Of a stretch of 64,000 nucleotides of DNA, positions 50,598 through 60,737 are shown piece by piece. Positions within the stretch are counted from its first letter, which is position 1; each line of letters starts with the position of its first letter. The notes beneath the pieces were generated by a model. It was not told the DNA's origin. It made no database searches and worked only from the letters and a program-made list of their open reading frames with translations. Source of the DNA: Promethearchaeota archaeon Loki_b31 (GTDB lineage Archaea; Asgardarchaeota; Lokiarchaeia; Sigyniarchaeales; SOKP01); the NCBI GenBank assembly GCA_005222975.1, contig NJBI01000005.1, forward strand, positions 32,001-96,000, read 5' to 3'. A program made the translations under genes and the position numbers.

Positions 50598-52616
50598 TTA
50601 TTTTCCTCCATTTTCAATGGGAGGTTGTTTTACTGCAAAATTAATTATCGAATTGAGTTGAATATCAGTAAAATGATTTTGAACCATGGCTCCGGAAGGG
50701 CATGCGGACACGCAAGTTCCACATCCTTTACATAGAGCTGAGTTCACAACAGCAATCTTTTTAAATTCATCAAAATCTATAGCGCTAAATGGGCATAGGG
50801 ATTGACAAGTTCTACAGCCTGAACATAAGTGATCCAATACAACGGAATAATACGGTTCAATTTCGACTTCTCCTTGGGCCATTAACGCTGATGCGCTTGA
50901 AGCAGCTCCTTTTGCTTGAGCTACCGCGTCAGGGATATCTTTCGGTCCTTGAGCGACTCCTGCAATAAAAATACCCTCGGTTAAGGTATCTACGGGTCTA
51001 AGTTTTGGATGAGCTTCCATAAAGAATCCATCTTCGGATCGCTGAACGCTTAATAATGAAGCCACTTTGTCTGCGTCTGCCATAGCTTCTAACCCAACAG
51101 ATAAAACAAACATATCGACTGTTAACTCTATTGGAGTTTGCATTAAAGTGTCTTCAGCTCTAATTACAATGTTATGCTCTTTATCTTCCCAAACTTCAGC
51201 AATTCGTCCTCTAATATAATTTATTCCGTAGTTTTCTGCAGCAGATTCGTAAAATTCTTCGTATCCCCTACCAAATGCCCGTATATCCATGTAAAATATA
51301 TATACATCACTTTCTGGATGTTTCTCTTTATATTGTCTCGCTTGTTTTGTGGCGTACATGCAACAAACTCTAGAACAATATTTATTTCCACCTTCTCTAA
51401 AGTTTCTGCTTCCAACACATTGGAGAAAGGCAATGCTGTGCGGGGCTTTGAGATCTGAAGGTCGAACTGGCTTTCCTAATACAGGTCCATATGAACTTAA
51501 TAACCGTTCCATCTGAAACGCTGTGATAACATTAGGGTATCTACCATATCCGTATTGCTTGAGTGGAGTTGGGTCGTAAGGATCCCATCCTGTAGCAATA
51601 ATTATAGTGCCTACCTTTACCTTAAGATACTCTGGCTTATCATCGTATCTAATTGCGTCTGGTTCACAAACATCAGGACGTGCACAAATCCCGCATTGGA
51701 TACAATTCTCCATATCAATAGTGTATTCTCCTGGTACCGCTTGTGGAAATGGAATATATATAGCTTTTCTAGGGGCTAATCCAAGTTCAAATTCATTACC
51801 AACTGATACTGGGCAAGGCTCAACGCAAGCACCGCACCCTGTACAAGCTTCTTGATCGACGTAATGTGGTTTTTTCATTATGGTAACTTCAAAATTACCA
51901 ACATAACCTGCGACATCTACAACCTCCGAATAAGTAAGAAGTTCGATATTTTTTTCTCGGGCAACATCAACCATCCGTGGGGTGATGATACAAGCCGAAC
52001 AGTCCATAGTTGGGAATGTTTTATCAAGTTGGGCCATATGGCCACCAATAGTCGGAGTTCTTTCGACAAGATAAACTTTATATCCTTCTTTGGCTAAATC
52101 TATAGCGGAATTCATTCCAGCGATCCCCGCTCCAATAATTAAGCATGAAGGTTCTACACTTACTTTTTGAACTTCTAAAGGTAATAACATCCTTGCTTTC
52201 GCAACTGCCATTCTGATATGGTCTTGAGCAATTATATAGGCACCTTCAGAGTCATTCATGTTTACCCAAGTAGCGTGTTCACGTATGTTTGCCATTTCGA
52301 ATAAAAATTGATTCAACCCAGCTTCCTTGCAGACTAACCTAAACGTTGGTTCGTGCATTCTAGGGGAACATGCAGCAACAACTACACGATTGATTAAACC
52401 CGCTTCAATATCCTCTTTAATAGTATTTTGACCGTTATCTGAACACATAAATTTATATTCGCGTGCTAACACCACATCGGGAAGACTTAATGCGTAGTCC
52501 TTAAGTGCGTATACATCAACCACACCAGCAATATTAATACCGCAATGGCATACATAAACTCCAATTTTTGGTCTCGTTTTTCTCGTAACCTTTATTTTCT
52601 TTTCACTTTCCGTCAT
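50598..52616 (-). CDS. hdrA: Heterodisulfide reductase subunit A (Cys form)
   Basis: CHCGINI, ACSPRMHE, GAGIAG, DKTFPTMDCSACI, CSRVCC and a C-terminal ferredoxin. Confidence 0.95.
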   Translation of the reverse strand: MTESEKKIKVTRKTRPKIGVYVCHCGINIAGVVDVYALKDYALSLPDVVLAREYKFMCSDNGQNTIKEDIEAGLINRVVVAACSPRMHEPTFRLVCKEAGLNQFLFEMANIREHATWVNMNDSEGAYIIAQDHIRMAVAKARMLLPLEVQKVSVEPSCLIIGAGIAGMNSAIDLAKEGYKVYLVERTPTIGGHMAQLDKTFPTMDCSACIITPRMVDVAREKNIELLTYSEVVDVAGYVGNFEVTIMKKPHYVDQEACTGCGACVEPCPVSVGNEFELGLAPRKAIYIPFPQAVPGEYTIDMENCIQCGICARPDVCEPDAIRYDDKPEYLKVKVGTIIIATGWDPYDPTPLKQYGYGRYPNVITAFQMERLLSSYGPVLGKPVRPSDLKAPHSIAFLQCVGSRNFREGGNKYCSRVCCMYATKQARQYKEKHPESDVYIFYMDIRAFGRGYEEFYESAAENYGINYIRGRIAEVWEDKEHNIVIRAEDTLMQTPIELTVDMFVLSVGLEAMADADKVASLLSVQRSEDGFFMEAHPKLRPVDTLTEGIFIAGVAQGPKDIPDAVAQAKGAASSASALMAQGEVEIEPYYSVVLDHLCSGCRTCQSLCPFSAIDFDEFKKIAVVNSALCKGCGTCVSACPSGAMVQNHFTDIQLNSIINFAVKQPPIENGGK

Positions 52617-52628
52617 TTTTCATCCCTC

Positions 52629-53579
52629 CTAAATTAATTGCTCCTTTACCATATCTAAAAAAGGTTGTATGGAAATAAATGGGCTCACGCCTTTTAGATC
52701 GTGGTTCTTTATGAGTCCAAGTCTACTAGGATCCATTCCCATGGCGACGCCTAGCAACTGCGTAATATAAATTACAGGAATATGGAATTGTTCTCCAATT
52801 ATATCTTTATAGAAATTGTTAACTTCGAGCTGCCCTAGATCTAATTGAAGATGGCAGAAGGGGCAGCAATTTACTATGATATCTGCGCCAGCTTCCCTCA
52901 TGTTAACCAGTTTCTCACGCGTAAAATCGGCTGCGACTTCTTTCACGGCTGTTCTGACGGCTCCACCAGCACCACAGCACATAAACTTTTCCTTATATTC
53001 AATACTAGTTGCCCCAGTAAGCTCAACTATCTCGTCAAGGAAAGTGGGATTCTCATATTCTCCATCCCATGGACGCTTATCGCTAGGTTTAACGATGTGA
53101 CATCCATAATGCACTGCAACTTTTAAATCTTTAAATTTATGCTTAATAAAACCTCTAATGTATTCTTTCCCCATATCTAAGTATAAAGCTTGAATGACGT
53201 GTTTTGGCTCAAAATTACCTTTATATTCTTTCCCTATTTTAGCAAGGAGTTTGTTTATGTGTTTTTTTTCTTCCTTGTCATGTTCTAAGTCCCACCAAGC
53301 GTCGCGTAGCGTGCCGTAACACCCATTACACCCTGTTATTAGACTTACGCCCAACTCTTCAGCTATTGCTATATTACGAGCAGCAATAACGAGCCAAGTA
53401 GGAATATGAAACCCCCTAAATACTCCAGGGGCAGGACAACACGACGCTCCAAGCATGTCCAACAGTTCTGCTCCTAGTTCTTCGAAAACATCGCGTATAC
53501 TACGTTCTATCATTGGATATCTATTTGGAATAACGCATCCTAAAAAAAAAGCGTATCTCCAATCTTTTTGTTCGCTCAC
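52629..53579 (-). CDS. hdrB: Heterodisulfide reductase subunit B (copy 2)
   Basis: FLGC, SCCPAPG, CNGC, HYGCH, CCGAGG and CPFC motifs. Confidence 0.93.
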   Translation of the reverse strand: MSEQKDWRYAFFLGCVIPNRYPMIERSIRDVFEELGAELLDMLGASCCPAPGVFRGFHIPTWLVIAARNIAIAEELGVSLITGCNGCYGTLRDAWWDLEHDKEEKKHINKLLAKIGKEYKGNFEPKHVIQALYLDMGKEYIRGFIKHKFKDLKVAVHYGCHIVKPSDKRPWDGEYENPTFLDEIVELTGATSIEYKEKFMCCGAGGAVRTAVKEVAADFTREKLVNMREAGADIIVNCCPFCHLQLDLGQLEVNNFYKDIIGEQFHIPVIYITQLLGVAMGMDPSRLGLIKNHDLKGVSPFISIQPFLDMVKEQLI

Positions 53580-53580
53580 T

Positions 53581-54195
53581 TTACTTACCCTCCTTTTCCT
53601 TTTCTTTTTTTTCTTCTACTAACTTTCTTTTATCCTTTAATTTTTTCGCGTTATCCAGTAAAGCTCTGAAACCTACTTCTTTCATTAAGGTTTGACATTC
53701 TTTCACGGCTTCTGGATAGGAATGAACTGTGGGAGGTAGTGGTGGTAATCCATAAGATTCACGTAAATCTCTCCATTTTTTGTTGTTTTCACCATTAGCA
53801 GGTACTCCATGACCTGTTTCATAAAAAACATTACTAGCCAAACCAAAATGAGAGTCTAAAATATAGCCTTCTTCAACAGCAATGTTTCTAAGTTTTATAA
53901 TCATATCGGTTACAGGTATGTCTCGTGGGCATCGCTCATAGCAGTAATAACAAGTACTACAAAGCCAAATGTCAATATCACTTAATACCGACTCATCTCC
54001 CGTTAACGCGCGCCTGAGCACAGAACGTGTTCGATATGCTGTGCGCCGTCCAGATGGGCAAGAGCCTGTGCAAGTTCCACAATTAATACACGCTCTAAGC
54101 TTCTCTAAACCTGCATCAACAAACTTTTGAGCAATTTTAGAGCTCGTGCCTTTATAAACCTTGCGCTTGATATATTTTTCTATATTATCGCTCAT
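53581..54195 (-). CDS. hdrC: Heterodisulfide reductase subunit C (copy 2)
   Basis: CINCGTCTGSCPSG and WLCSTCYYCYERCPR. Confidence 0.92.
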   Translation of the reverse strand: MSDNIEKYIKRKVYKGTSSKIAQKFVDAGLEKLRACINCGTCTGSCPSGRRTAYRTRSVLRRALTGDESVLSDIDIWLCSTCYYCYERCPRDIPVTDMIIKLRNIAVEEGYILDSHFGLASNVFYETGHGVPANGENNKKWRDLRESYGLPPLPPTVHSYPEAVKECQTLMKEVGFRALLDNAKKLKDKRKLVEEKKEKEKEGK

Positions 54196-54244
54196 TATAA
54201 ATACAAGTCTCTTCTAAAGTTTTAAAATTGATAAGTAATTGCGT

Positions 54245-54300
54245 AAAAAAGTACAGATTTTACTTTTTTGATTGTTTGATCAAACAATTTTAATTTATAA
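54245..54300 (-). promoter_or_regulatory. Putative hdrCBA promoter: TATA-like element with an adjacent 18-bp palindrome and a second inverted repeat
   Basis: ATTGTTTGATCAAACAAT at 54271-54288; AAAAAAGTA-7nt-TACTTTTTT at 54245-54269; TTATAAA on the minus strand at 54298-54292 region. Confidence 0.5.
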
Positions 54301-54596
54301 TATTAAGAAGTGAAAAGAACTTTTTAATAAAAAATTTGTTATTGAATTTGGTAATTAAAATGAGAGTATTAATTAATTGCAATATCTAAATGTTTTTTAA
54401 GTGGAATAATTCGCAAGAATATTATGTTAATTCGATAAAATTTACCTTTTTTTGTTTAACTTTTTAAAAAAAACTTAGAATTTTTTCAGTGAAAACCTAC
54501 TAAACGCTTTCGACAGAATTGTAAAAAGATTTAAAAAGAAAACTTGTTATATTAAATTTAGAGCGATTAAATTATTTTTTAGAGAGAGGTCGAATT

Positions 54597-54860
54597 TTGA
54601 AGGAAGAACCAATTGTAGGTCAACCAACCGCGAACGGAATAAGCGATGGTTCTGAAAAGATTAATAAAATTATTGAAGTAAGTAAGATCATGAATAACAT
54701 GGAAAAGTCCGAAGAAGAAAAAGAAAAAATCATTGAAATTCTTAGAGAAGAGATAAATTTAATAAAACAAATAAATCAAAAAATTATCAAAGAAAAAGAT
54801 AAAACGATAGAACAACTTAAAAGAAGGCTAAAAAAGGAAACGAACTTCGCGTTCTTATGA
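54597..54860 (+). CDS. Small coiled-coil hypothetical protein
   Basis: 87-aa E/K/I-rich ORF with purine-rich GAGGT upstream. Confidence 0.55.
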   Translation: MKEEPIVGQPTANGISDGSEKINKIIEVSKIMNNMEKSEEEKEKIIEILREEINLIKQINQKIIKEKDKTIEQLKRRLKKETNFAFL

Positions 54861-54863
54861 TTT

Positions 54864-55343
54864 TTACTGAATTTTATCTTCTTTTAAACCACCTAAGAGT
54901 TTTTCAGCTTCAATATTTGTTGGGTCAATTTTTAAGACTTCAGCAAAACATTGCATTGCTTTCTTAAAATCACCTAACGACTTGAATAATCGCCCTAAAT
55001 TAAACCAAGTAGCACTATCCTGCGGGTCTATTTTAATGGCTTCTTCATAGCTCAAAATCGAATCTTGAGAATTACCTAATTTTTCATACGCTACTCCTAA
55101 ATTATACTACGCCCAATTATCCAAAGAATCGATACTCACTGCTTTTTTACCGCGTTCTCGTTCTTTGTCGAAATTTTCTAACTTTTCATAAGCAACTCCC
55201 ATGTTACTCCAAGAAACGCTACTTGACGGGTTAATTTTGACTGCTCTTTCAAAGCACTCTATTGCCTTTAGGTAATCTCCTGCTTTAAAATATTTCATTC
55301 CTAATTCGGACCAATACAAGGCATTTTTTTTGTCTTTTGTCAA
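54864..55343 (-). pseudogene. TPR-repeat protein with an internal TAG at 55107-55109
   Basis: The two ORFs are in the same frame; reading through gives DNWA*YNLGVAYEKLG, where the TPR consensus has W. Confidence 0.8.
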
Positions 55344-55355
55344 TTTATTTCAGCT

Positions 55356-55580
55356 TTATTTTTTCTTAGATAATTCGTTCAAGTATTCTTTCTGTTTTTC
55401 ATCAGGTAAGAAAACCAATTCTTTTTTAACTTCTTTTAATTCGTCTTTTGATAGGTTTAAATCCATCAATTGTTCTCTAACATCTTTAGGTATTACAGTG
55501 AAAATCTTTTGGAAATACCTTTTTACTACATCTAATGTTTCAAATCCCCTTTCTTTACCATTGTTACTAATGAGTACCAC
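55356..55580 (-). CDS. Small helical hypothetical protein
   Basis: 74-aa ORF co-oriented and tightly spaced with the TPR gene. Confidence 0.6.
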   Translation of the reverse strand: MVLISNNGKERGFETLDVVKRYFQKIFTVIPKDVREQLMDLNLSKDELKEVKKELVFLPDEKQKEYLNELSKKK

Positions 55581-55676
55581 CTATAGTTTTTTGATAAAAA
55601 CAATATTTTGTTTTTCTCAATTCTATTTAATAAAGTAAGAAAGGGACTGTTAATAAGAGATATGGGGTCCAATAGT

Positions 55677-58541
55677 TTAATTTTTTTCTATTGGTAAAGA
55701 AAAGAAAAAAGTACTTCCTTTGTTCCGGCCTTCTGATTCCACCCATATTTTCCCGTCGTGAAGGTCAATTAATTCTTTCGAAATGTATAAACCTAATCCT
55801 GTCCCTTCGATGCCTACGTCCCATCCTTGGCCGTATCTTTCAATTTTACCAAACTGCGTAAAAAGTTGCGCTATTTCTTTTTTAGTTAATCCAATGCCGG
55901 TGTCTTTTATCGAAATTATATAATGATTGTTTTTTTGATGAGAATCAATTGTAATTGTACCCCCAATAGGAGTATACTTTATTGCATTTATCAATAAATT
56001 GGTGATAACTTCGTAAATTTTCTCTTTATCAAAATTTGTATATATATTATTCTTTATGTTTAGTTTAACCTTCTGTTCTCTTAATTTTGCCGTACCTTGT
56101 AATTGCTTAACACAATATTTGATTAAAAATGTAAGATTCTCTTTTTTTTTTTTTAATTTCAACAACCCTTGATCTAATTGGGAACTATCGACAAGTGCGT
56201 TAATGAAATCCTCAAGACGCTTACTACCGCTCTTGATTTCTTCTAAAATCGAAATAACATCGCTGTCCAACTTATTTGAGTGTAGTTTTAACAATAATTC
56301 GGTGAATCCTTTAATAGAAATTAAAGGCGTTTTTAACTCATGCGAAGTTCTTGAAAACAAATCACTTTTTAATTTATTTATTTCGCTCAACATTCGGTTT
56401 TGTTCTTCCAAATGATGTTGAGATTCCCACCTTCTTTGCTCTATTTCGAGAGCATCGCATATTAAAAATAGCACTAATTTATTTTGATTGGTAATAGTTG
56501 GATTTTGTTGAAATAAAACGCAGAGTAAACTATTTAAATCATTTCCAGATAGGATTAATTTACCATAACAAGCTTCGATACCGTTTTCAATTATATAACG
56601 ATCAGATTTGGCATACTTCGTTTTATGGATGTCAAAGAATTCTTGAGTAAAGTCGTGATTTTCTTTAAATAATTCGCTTATAAACAAATCTCTCGTAAAT
56701 TCTTCCGAAGTATACATTGTGATGACTCCTTTACTATTCATTACCCTATATTGCTCTTTTTCTTCATGATCGCTTTTAGTGATGTATAATACAATATCAC
56801 CATTAAGTTGTTTTAAGCAAGTTTTTAGCAATAATTCAATATTTTGTTGAATGTCCGTTGTGTAGTTTAAAAAATTAATATTTAACTCTAAAATCAATTT
56901 TTCGTACATTTTTTTTTCAGTGACATCTTCTAACCATAATCTAAAGCTAATTAGATTGTCTTTATCGTCGTATTGATTTAATCTTTTTCCTTGTAACCAT
57001 TTTATTATTCCTTTTTTATTTAAAATTCTAAATTCGATCTCCTTTCCTTCTTCTGAATTTAATAATTTTAACAGATCGTCTGGATGAATTATTTCATCCA
57101 TCAATTTTTTGTTGACATAGTCAACATCTTGATACCCAATAAATTCTAATAATTTTGGATTAATGTAAGAAACGCTATTGTTTTCCAGTTCTATTTCTAA
57201 AATACCAATTGTTGATGTCTCTAATAAATCCTTATATTTTTCTTCTGATTCTTTAATCATTTTTTCAGCTAATTCTTTTTCAGTAATATCCTCTACTGTA
57301 AAAATTATATTCTCGATTTCTCCGTTATTCTTTAATAAAGGCGTACCATTGATAGAAAGTAGAATATTTTCATTCGTAAATGACTTAAAAGTTGCATGAT
57401 AATCAAATATTGGTTTTTTCGTTTTCATAATAATCTGAAAAGGTAGCTCATTCTTAGGAATAAGTTTGCCTTCTGAGTTTAAAAATTTAAATTTTGTGGT
57501 TATAAATGTTTTTTTTAATAATTCTTCTTTAGGATAATGTAAGACTTTTTCGGCTTGAGAATTAACATATATAATATGCCCGTTTGTATCAACAGATAAG
57601 ATCCCCGCGGGAGAGGTTTCCATAATTCGTTCTAATCTATCATGTTGTTTACGCAAATTCTCTTCAGCGTTCTTCCGTTCGGTAATATCTTCAAAGGTAA
57701 TTAAAAGTCCTGCAACATTTCCATCAGAGTTTAACAAAGGAATTCTATTTACGTCTATCCAAATCTTTTCTCCGTTTCTGAGGATCCAAAATTCATTAGT
57801 ATGAAAAACAACTTTATTAGATTCGATAACTTTCCTTTCTTGTTCTTTGTTAAATTGTATTTGATTCTTATCTAAAAGCAATTCTTCGTCAGTTTTACCT
57901 ATAATGTTTTCAGGGTGTTCAATCCCAATTAATTTTGCGTAATTATCGTTACATCCGAGATAACTCAGATCAATATCCTTCCATATAATATATTGTGGGA
58001 TATTTTCTATTACCATCTGTAGCATTTCATAGCTGCTCTGCAAAGCTTCCTCATATTTTTTAGGATTAAATAATTTCCAAAAGCGTATTTCTGGGATAGT
58101 TTCTGTTATCTTTTTAAATCTATCTTCAGTTTCTCTTAAATTTACTTCAATTTTTTTTTGTTTTGAAATATCTTTCAAAATAATTAAGATTTTCTCGTTT
58201 TTATCCTCGTCCGTAAATTTTCTTGCTTTTATTTCCGCCCAAATTATTTCATCCTTCGTTGAAAATAACTTTGTTTCTTGAAAATTACCAAAAGTGTCGA
58301 TCCCCTTTTTTAAAAATTTTACTGCTTTTTTTTTATCTTCCGAAAATAGTATTTTTAGGAAAGAATTTCCGACTAAATCGCTTTCAGCATATCCTAATTT
58401 TTCCAATAACGGGCAATTGTTAATTAGCTCAATTCTGAAATCTTCTGTTTGATCAATAATCATAACCAAATCGTTAACAATTTCCATAAATATTTGAAAT
58501 TGAGTCTTAACATTTTCGCGCTTGTTATCGTCGGAAATCAT
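55677..58541 (-). CDS. Cytoplasmic multi-PAS sensor histidine kinase
   Basis: About four PAS/PAC repeats (DITERK), SHELKTPL, NAIKYT and DTGIG/GTGLGL boxes. Confidence 0.93.
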   Translation of the reverse strand: MISDDNKRENVKTQFQIFMEIVNDLVMIIDQTEDFRIELINNCPLLEKLGYAESDLVGNSFLKILFSEDKKKAVKFLKKGIDTFGNFQETKLFSTKDEIIWAEIKARKFTDEDKNEKILIILKDISKQKKIEVNLRETEDRFKKITETIPEIRFWKLFNPKKYEEALQSSYEMLQMVIENIPQYIIWKDIDLSYLGCNDNYAKLIGIEHPENIIGKTDEELLLDKNQIQFNKEQERKVIESNKVVFHTNEFWILRNGEKIWIDVNRIPLLNSDGNVAGLLITFEDITERKNAEENLRKQHDRLERIMETSPAGILSVDTNGHIIYVNSQAEKVLHYPKEELLKKTFITTKFKFLNSEGKLIPKNELPFQIIMKTKKPIFDYHATFKSFTNENILLSINGTPLLKNNGEIENIIFTVEDITEKELAEKMIKESEEKYKDLLETSTIGILEIELENNSVSYINPKLLEFIGYQDVDYVNKKLMDEIIHPDDLLKLLNSEEGKEIEFRILNKKGIIKWLQGKRLNQYDDKDNLISFRLWLEDVTEKKMYEKLILELNINFLNYTTDIQQNIELLLKTCLKQLNGDIVLYITKSDHEEKEQYRVMNSKGVITMYTSEEFTRDLFISELFKENHDFTQEFFDIHKTKYAKSDRYIIENGIEACYGKLILSGNDLNSLLCVLFQQNPTITNQNKLVLFLICDALEIEQRRWESQHHLEEQNRMLSEINKLKSDLFSRTSHELKTPLISIKGFTELLLKLHSNKLDSDVISILEEIKSGSKRLEDFINALVDSSQLDQGLLKLKKKKENLTFLIKYCVKQLQGTAKLREQKVKLNIKNNIYTNFDKEKIYEVITNLLINAIKYTPIGGTITIDSHQKNNHYIISIKDTGIGLTKKEIAQLFTQFGKIERYGQGWDVGIEGTGLGLYISKELIDLHDGKIWVESEGRNKGSTFFFSLPIEKN

Positions 58542-58737
58542 TCGTATTCCTCCACCTCTAAGAACAAATTTTTTTATAATCTCTAAATTTGGTGATTACT
58601 CTTCAAATACTAGTGAAAATTTCTTTTATTTATATATTAGTATAATTTTAGGTTTTTTTCGTAATCATTAAACATACAATTAAGATAAATTTCATTTTTA
58701 AAATTAGAGAGTAGAAAAGATTATGAGTTTTGATTAT

Positions 58738-60600
58738 TCAATAACTATTAGCCCAACTAATATCGAGTTCATCCAATTTTATTTTTGAAGGAACGCCATT
58801 TTTGTCCCAGCCCATCATTTCGTAGTAGATTTTTTTGGCTTCACTAAAATTTTTTAAATCGATAGATGTTTCAGCTAGAGCTCCTGAAGTGTGAGGTTGG
58901 AAAAATCTATCTGGTAAACGATCGTCATCACTCGTAAATCCTTCTCTTAAGTTAAATATTCGAGTCATATTCATAATTCGCTCACCTACTTTCATCAATT
59001 CGAAAGTTGAGGTATTCCAACCGGTAACTGCTCTAACTATTTCTGTTTGCTCAAATGGGTTCCACGGCACAAAATAACACATTACGAGAGCATTAACTAA
59101 AGCACCCCAATTCATCTGATATATTAAGGCTCGAACCTTTTTTGCGCTCAAATCATCAAGGCGGAGTGGTGTTAAAATTCCAAACGTATTAAAATTAGCA
59201 ATCGAACCTTCATTTGCAATAACTGTATCGTGGAGATTATGCATGTGTTCTGCTCCTGTTGGTGAAATCGTGTACCCTAGTCCCAATCCTTGCTTTAAGG
59301 GTGGTTCGTGCATCGGAAGTTCTTGACCCTTCACATGGATGGCGAATTCTTGCGCTCCGTTTTGAATTTTTTCAGCGGCTCTTTTTACACCCTCAGCCAA
59401 AATATTTCCTAAACCTTCTCGCTTAGCAATTATTTCAATCATTTGAATCATGGCTTTGGAATTACCAAACTTTAAAACTATCCCTCCAGTATCGGACTCA
59501 TTTAATATATTGTTTTCAAAGCACTCCATGGCAAAACTAATGCTCATACCAGTGGAGATCGTATCAATTGAGTACTTATTACAAAGTTCATTAGCCTTAC
59601 ACACTGCTTTAAGGTCATAAATCCCACAATTAGAGCCGAAAGCAGCAAGTGTCTCGTATTCTGGACCACCATATTCTGGATCTACGACCCACGGTTCTTT
59701 AATTTGTACGACCTTTTTGCATTTAATTGGACACGCAAAACAAGTTTCCATTTTTAGATCAATTTCTTCTTTGTTAATTTGTGGGTCTAGAGTCTTAGCA
59801 CTACCAATTCCTCCTGCTTTAAAATTGCGAGTCGGAAGGTTCCCCATAGAGGCAAACATTTCCATTACACCTCCACCAGTTCCATGTGAGAAATACTCTT
59901 TATAATATTTCAAGTAGTCATTACTATAGGAATTCCTTAATTCTCTTAACTTTTCCTTGTTAGCCACTTTAAGTCTCTTATTACCTCTTACAACTACGGC
60001 TTTAAGGTTTTTAGAACCCATGACGGCTCCCATACCCGTTCGACCCGCAGCGCTACGAAGATCGTTTATCACACAAGCATATCGCACCAAATTCTCGCCT
60101 CCTGAGCCAATTTGACTTATATGCACAAGCTTATCGTCTAATTCTTTTGTTATTATTTTTTGAGCTTCACCGGTTGTTTTTCCCCAGATATGGCCAGCGT
60201 CTCTTATTTCTACATTTCCATTTTTTATCCAAATAAAAATTGGTTTTTTTGCTTTTCCTTCAATGACTATTGCATCGAAACCAGCTCTTTTCAACTCTGG
60301 CCCCCAATATCCCCCCACTTCAGATTCACCAAATCCATTTGTTAAGGGTGATTTTGCACCGACGCTATTTCTTCCCGCTCCCGCAATAGATACGCCCGTT
60401 ATAGGACCTGTAGCAAAAATTAACTTGTTTTCGGGACCAAGAGGATCTATGTTAGGTTTTAATTCTTTTAGAAGATAATACGCAACAAAACCCTCTCCAC
60501 CAATATATTTCCTATAGAATATTTCTTCGGGATGTTCTATGCTAATCTTATCATTTGATAAATTAACCCTTAATATTTTGCCACTATAGCCAAATTCCAT
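58738..60600 (-). CDS. aor: Tungsten-containing aldehyde:ferredoxin oxidoreductase family enzyme
   Basis: KSPLT, AAGRTGMGAVMGSKNLKA, CFACPIKC, EYET and DTIS motifs. Confidence 0.92.
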   Translation of the reverse strand: MEFGYSGKILRVNLSNDKISIEHPEEIFYRKYIGGEGFVAYYLLKELKPNIDPLGPENKLIFATGPITGVSIAGAGRNSVGAKSPLTNGFGESEVGGYWGPELKRAGFDAIVIEGKAKKPIFIWIKNGNVEIRDAGHIWGKTTGEAQKIITKELDDKLVHISQIGSGGENLVRYACVINDLRSAAGRTGMGAVMGSKNLKAVVVRGNKRLKVANKEKLRELRNSYSNDYLKYYKEYFSHGTGGGVMEMFASMGNLPTRNFKAGGIGSAKTLDPQINKEEIDLKMETCFACPIKCKKVVQIKEPWVVDPEYGGPEYETLAAFGSNCGIYDLKAVCKANELCNKYSIDTISTGMSISFAMECFENNILNESDTGGIVLKFGNSKAMIQMIEIIAKREGLGNILAEGVKRAAEKIQNGAQEFAIHVKGQELPMHEPPLKQGLGLGYTISPTGAEHMHNLHDTVIANEGSIANFNTFGILTPLRLDDLSAKKVRALIYQMNWGALVNALVMCYFVPWNPFEQTEIVRAVTGWNTSTFELMKVGERIMNMTRIFNLREGFTSDDDRLPDRFFQPHTSGALAETSIDLKNFSEAKKIYYEMMGWDKNGVPSKIKLDELDISWANSY

Positions 60601-60737
60601 CTTTAAACCTCTATTTAATAAAATTTTGATTATTCTAAAAATTTATTATTTATAAACATAAATTATTTGATAATAACAGATTTTTTAGTTAAGTATGAAT
60701 ATTTAAATTTCCAAAAAAAAATGGGAGGGATAACTTA

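Noticed and set aside
28440-52616. Possible selenocysteine forms of FwdB, MvhD or HdrA
   Set aside because: All are uninterrupted ORFs with Cys at the relevant sites (VCHGP, CNWC/DCHY, MDCSAC); no in-frame TGA.
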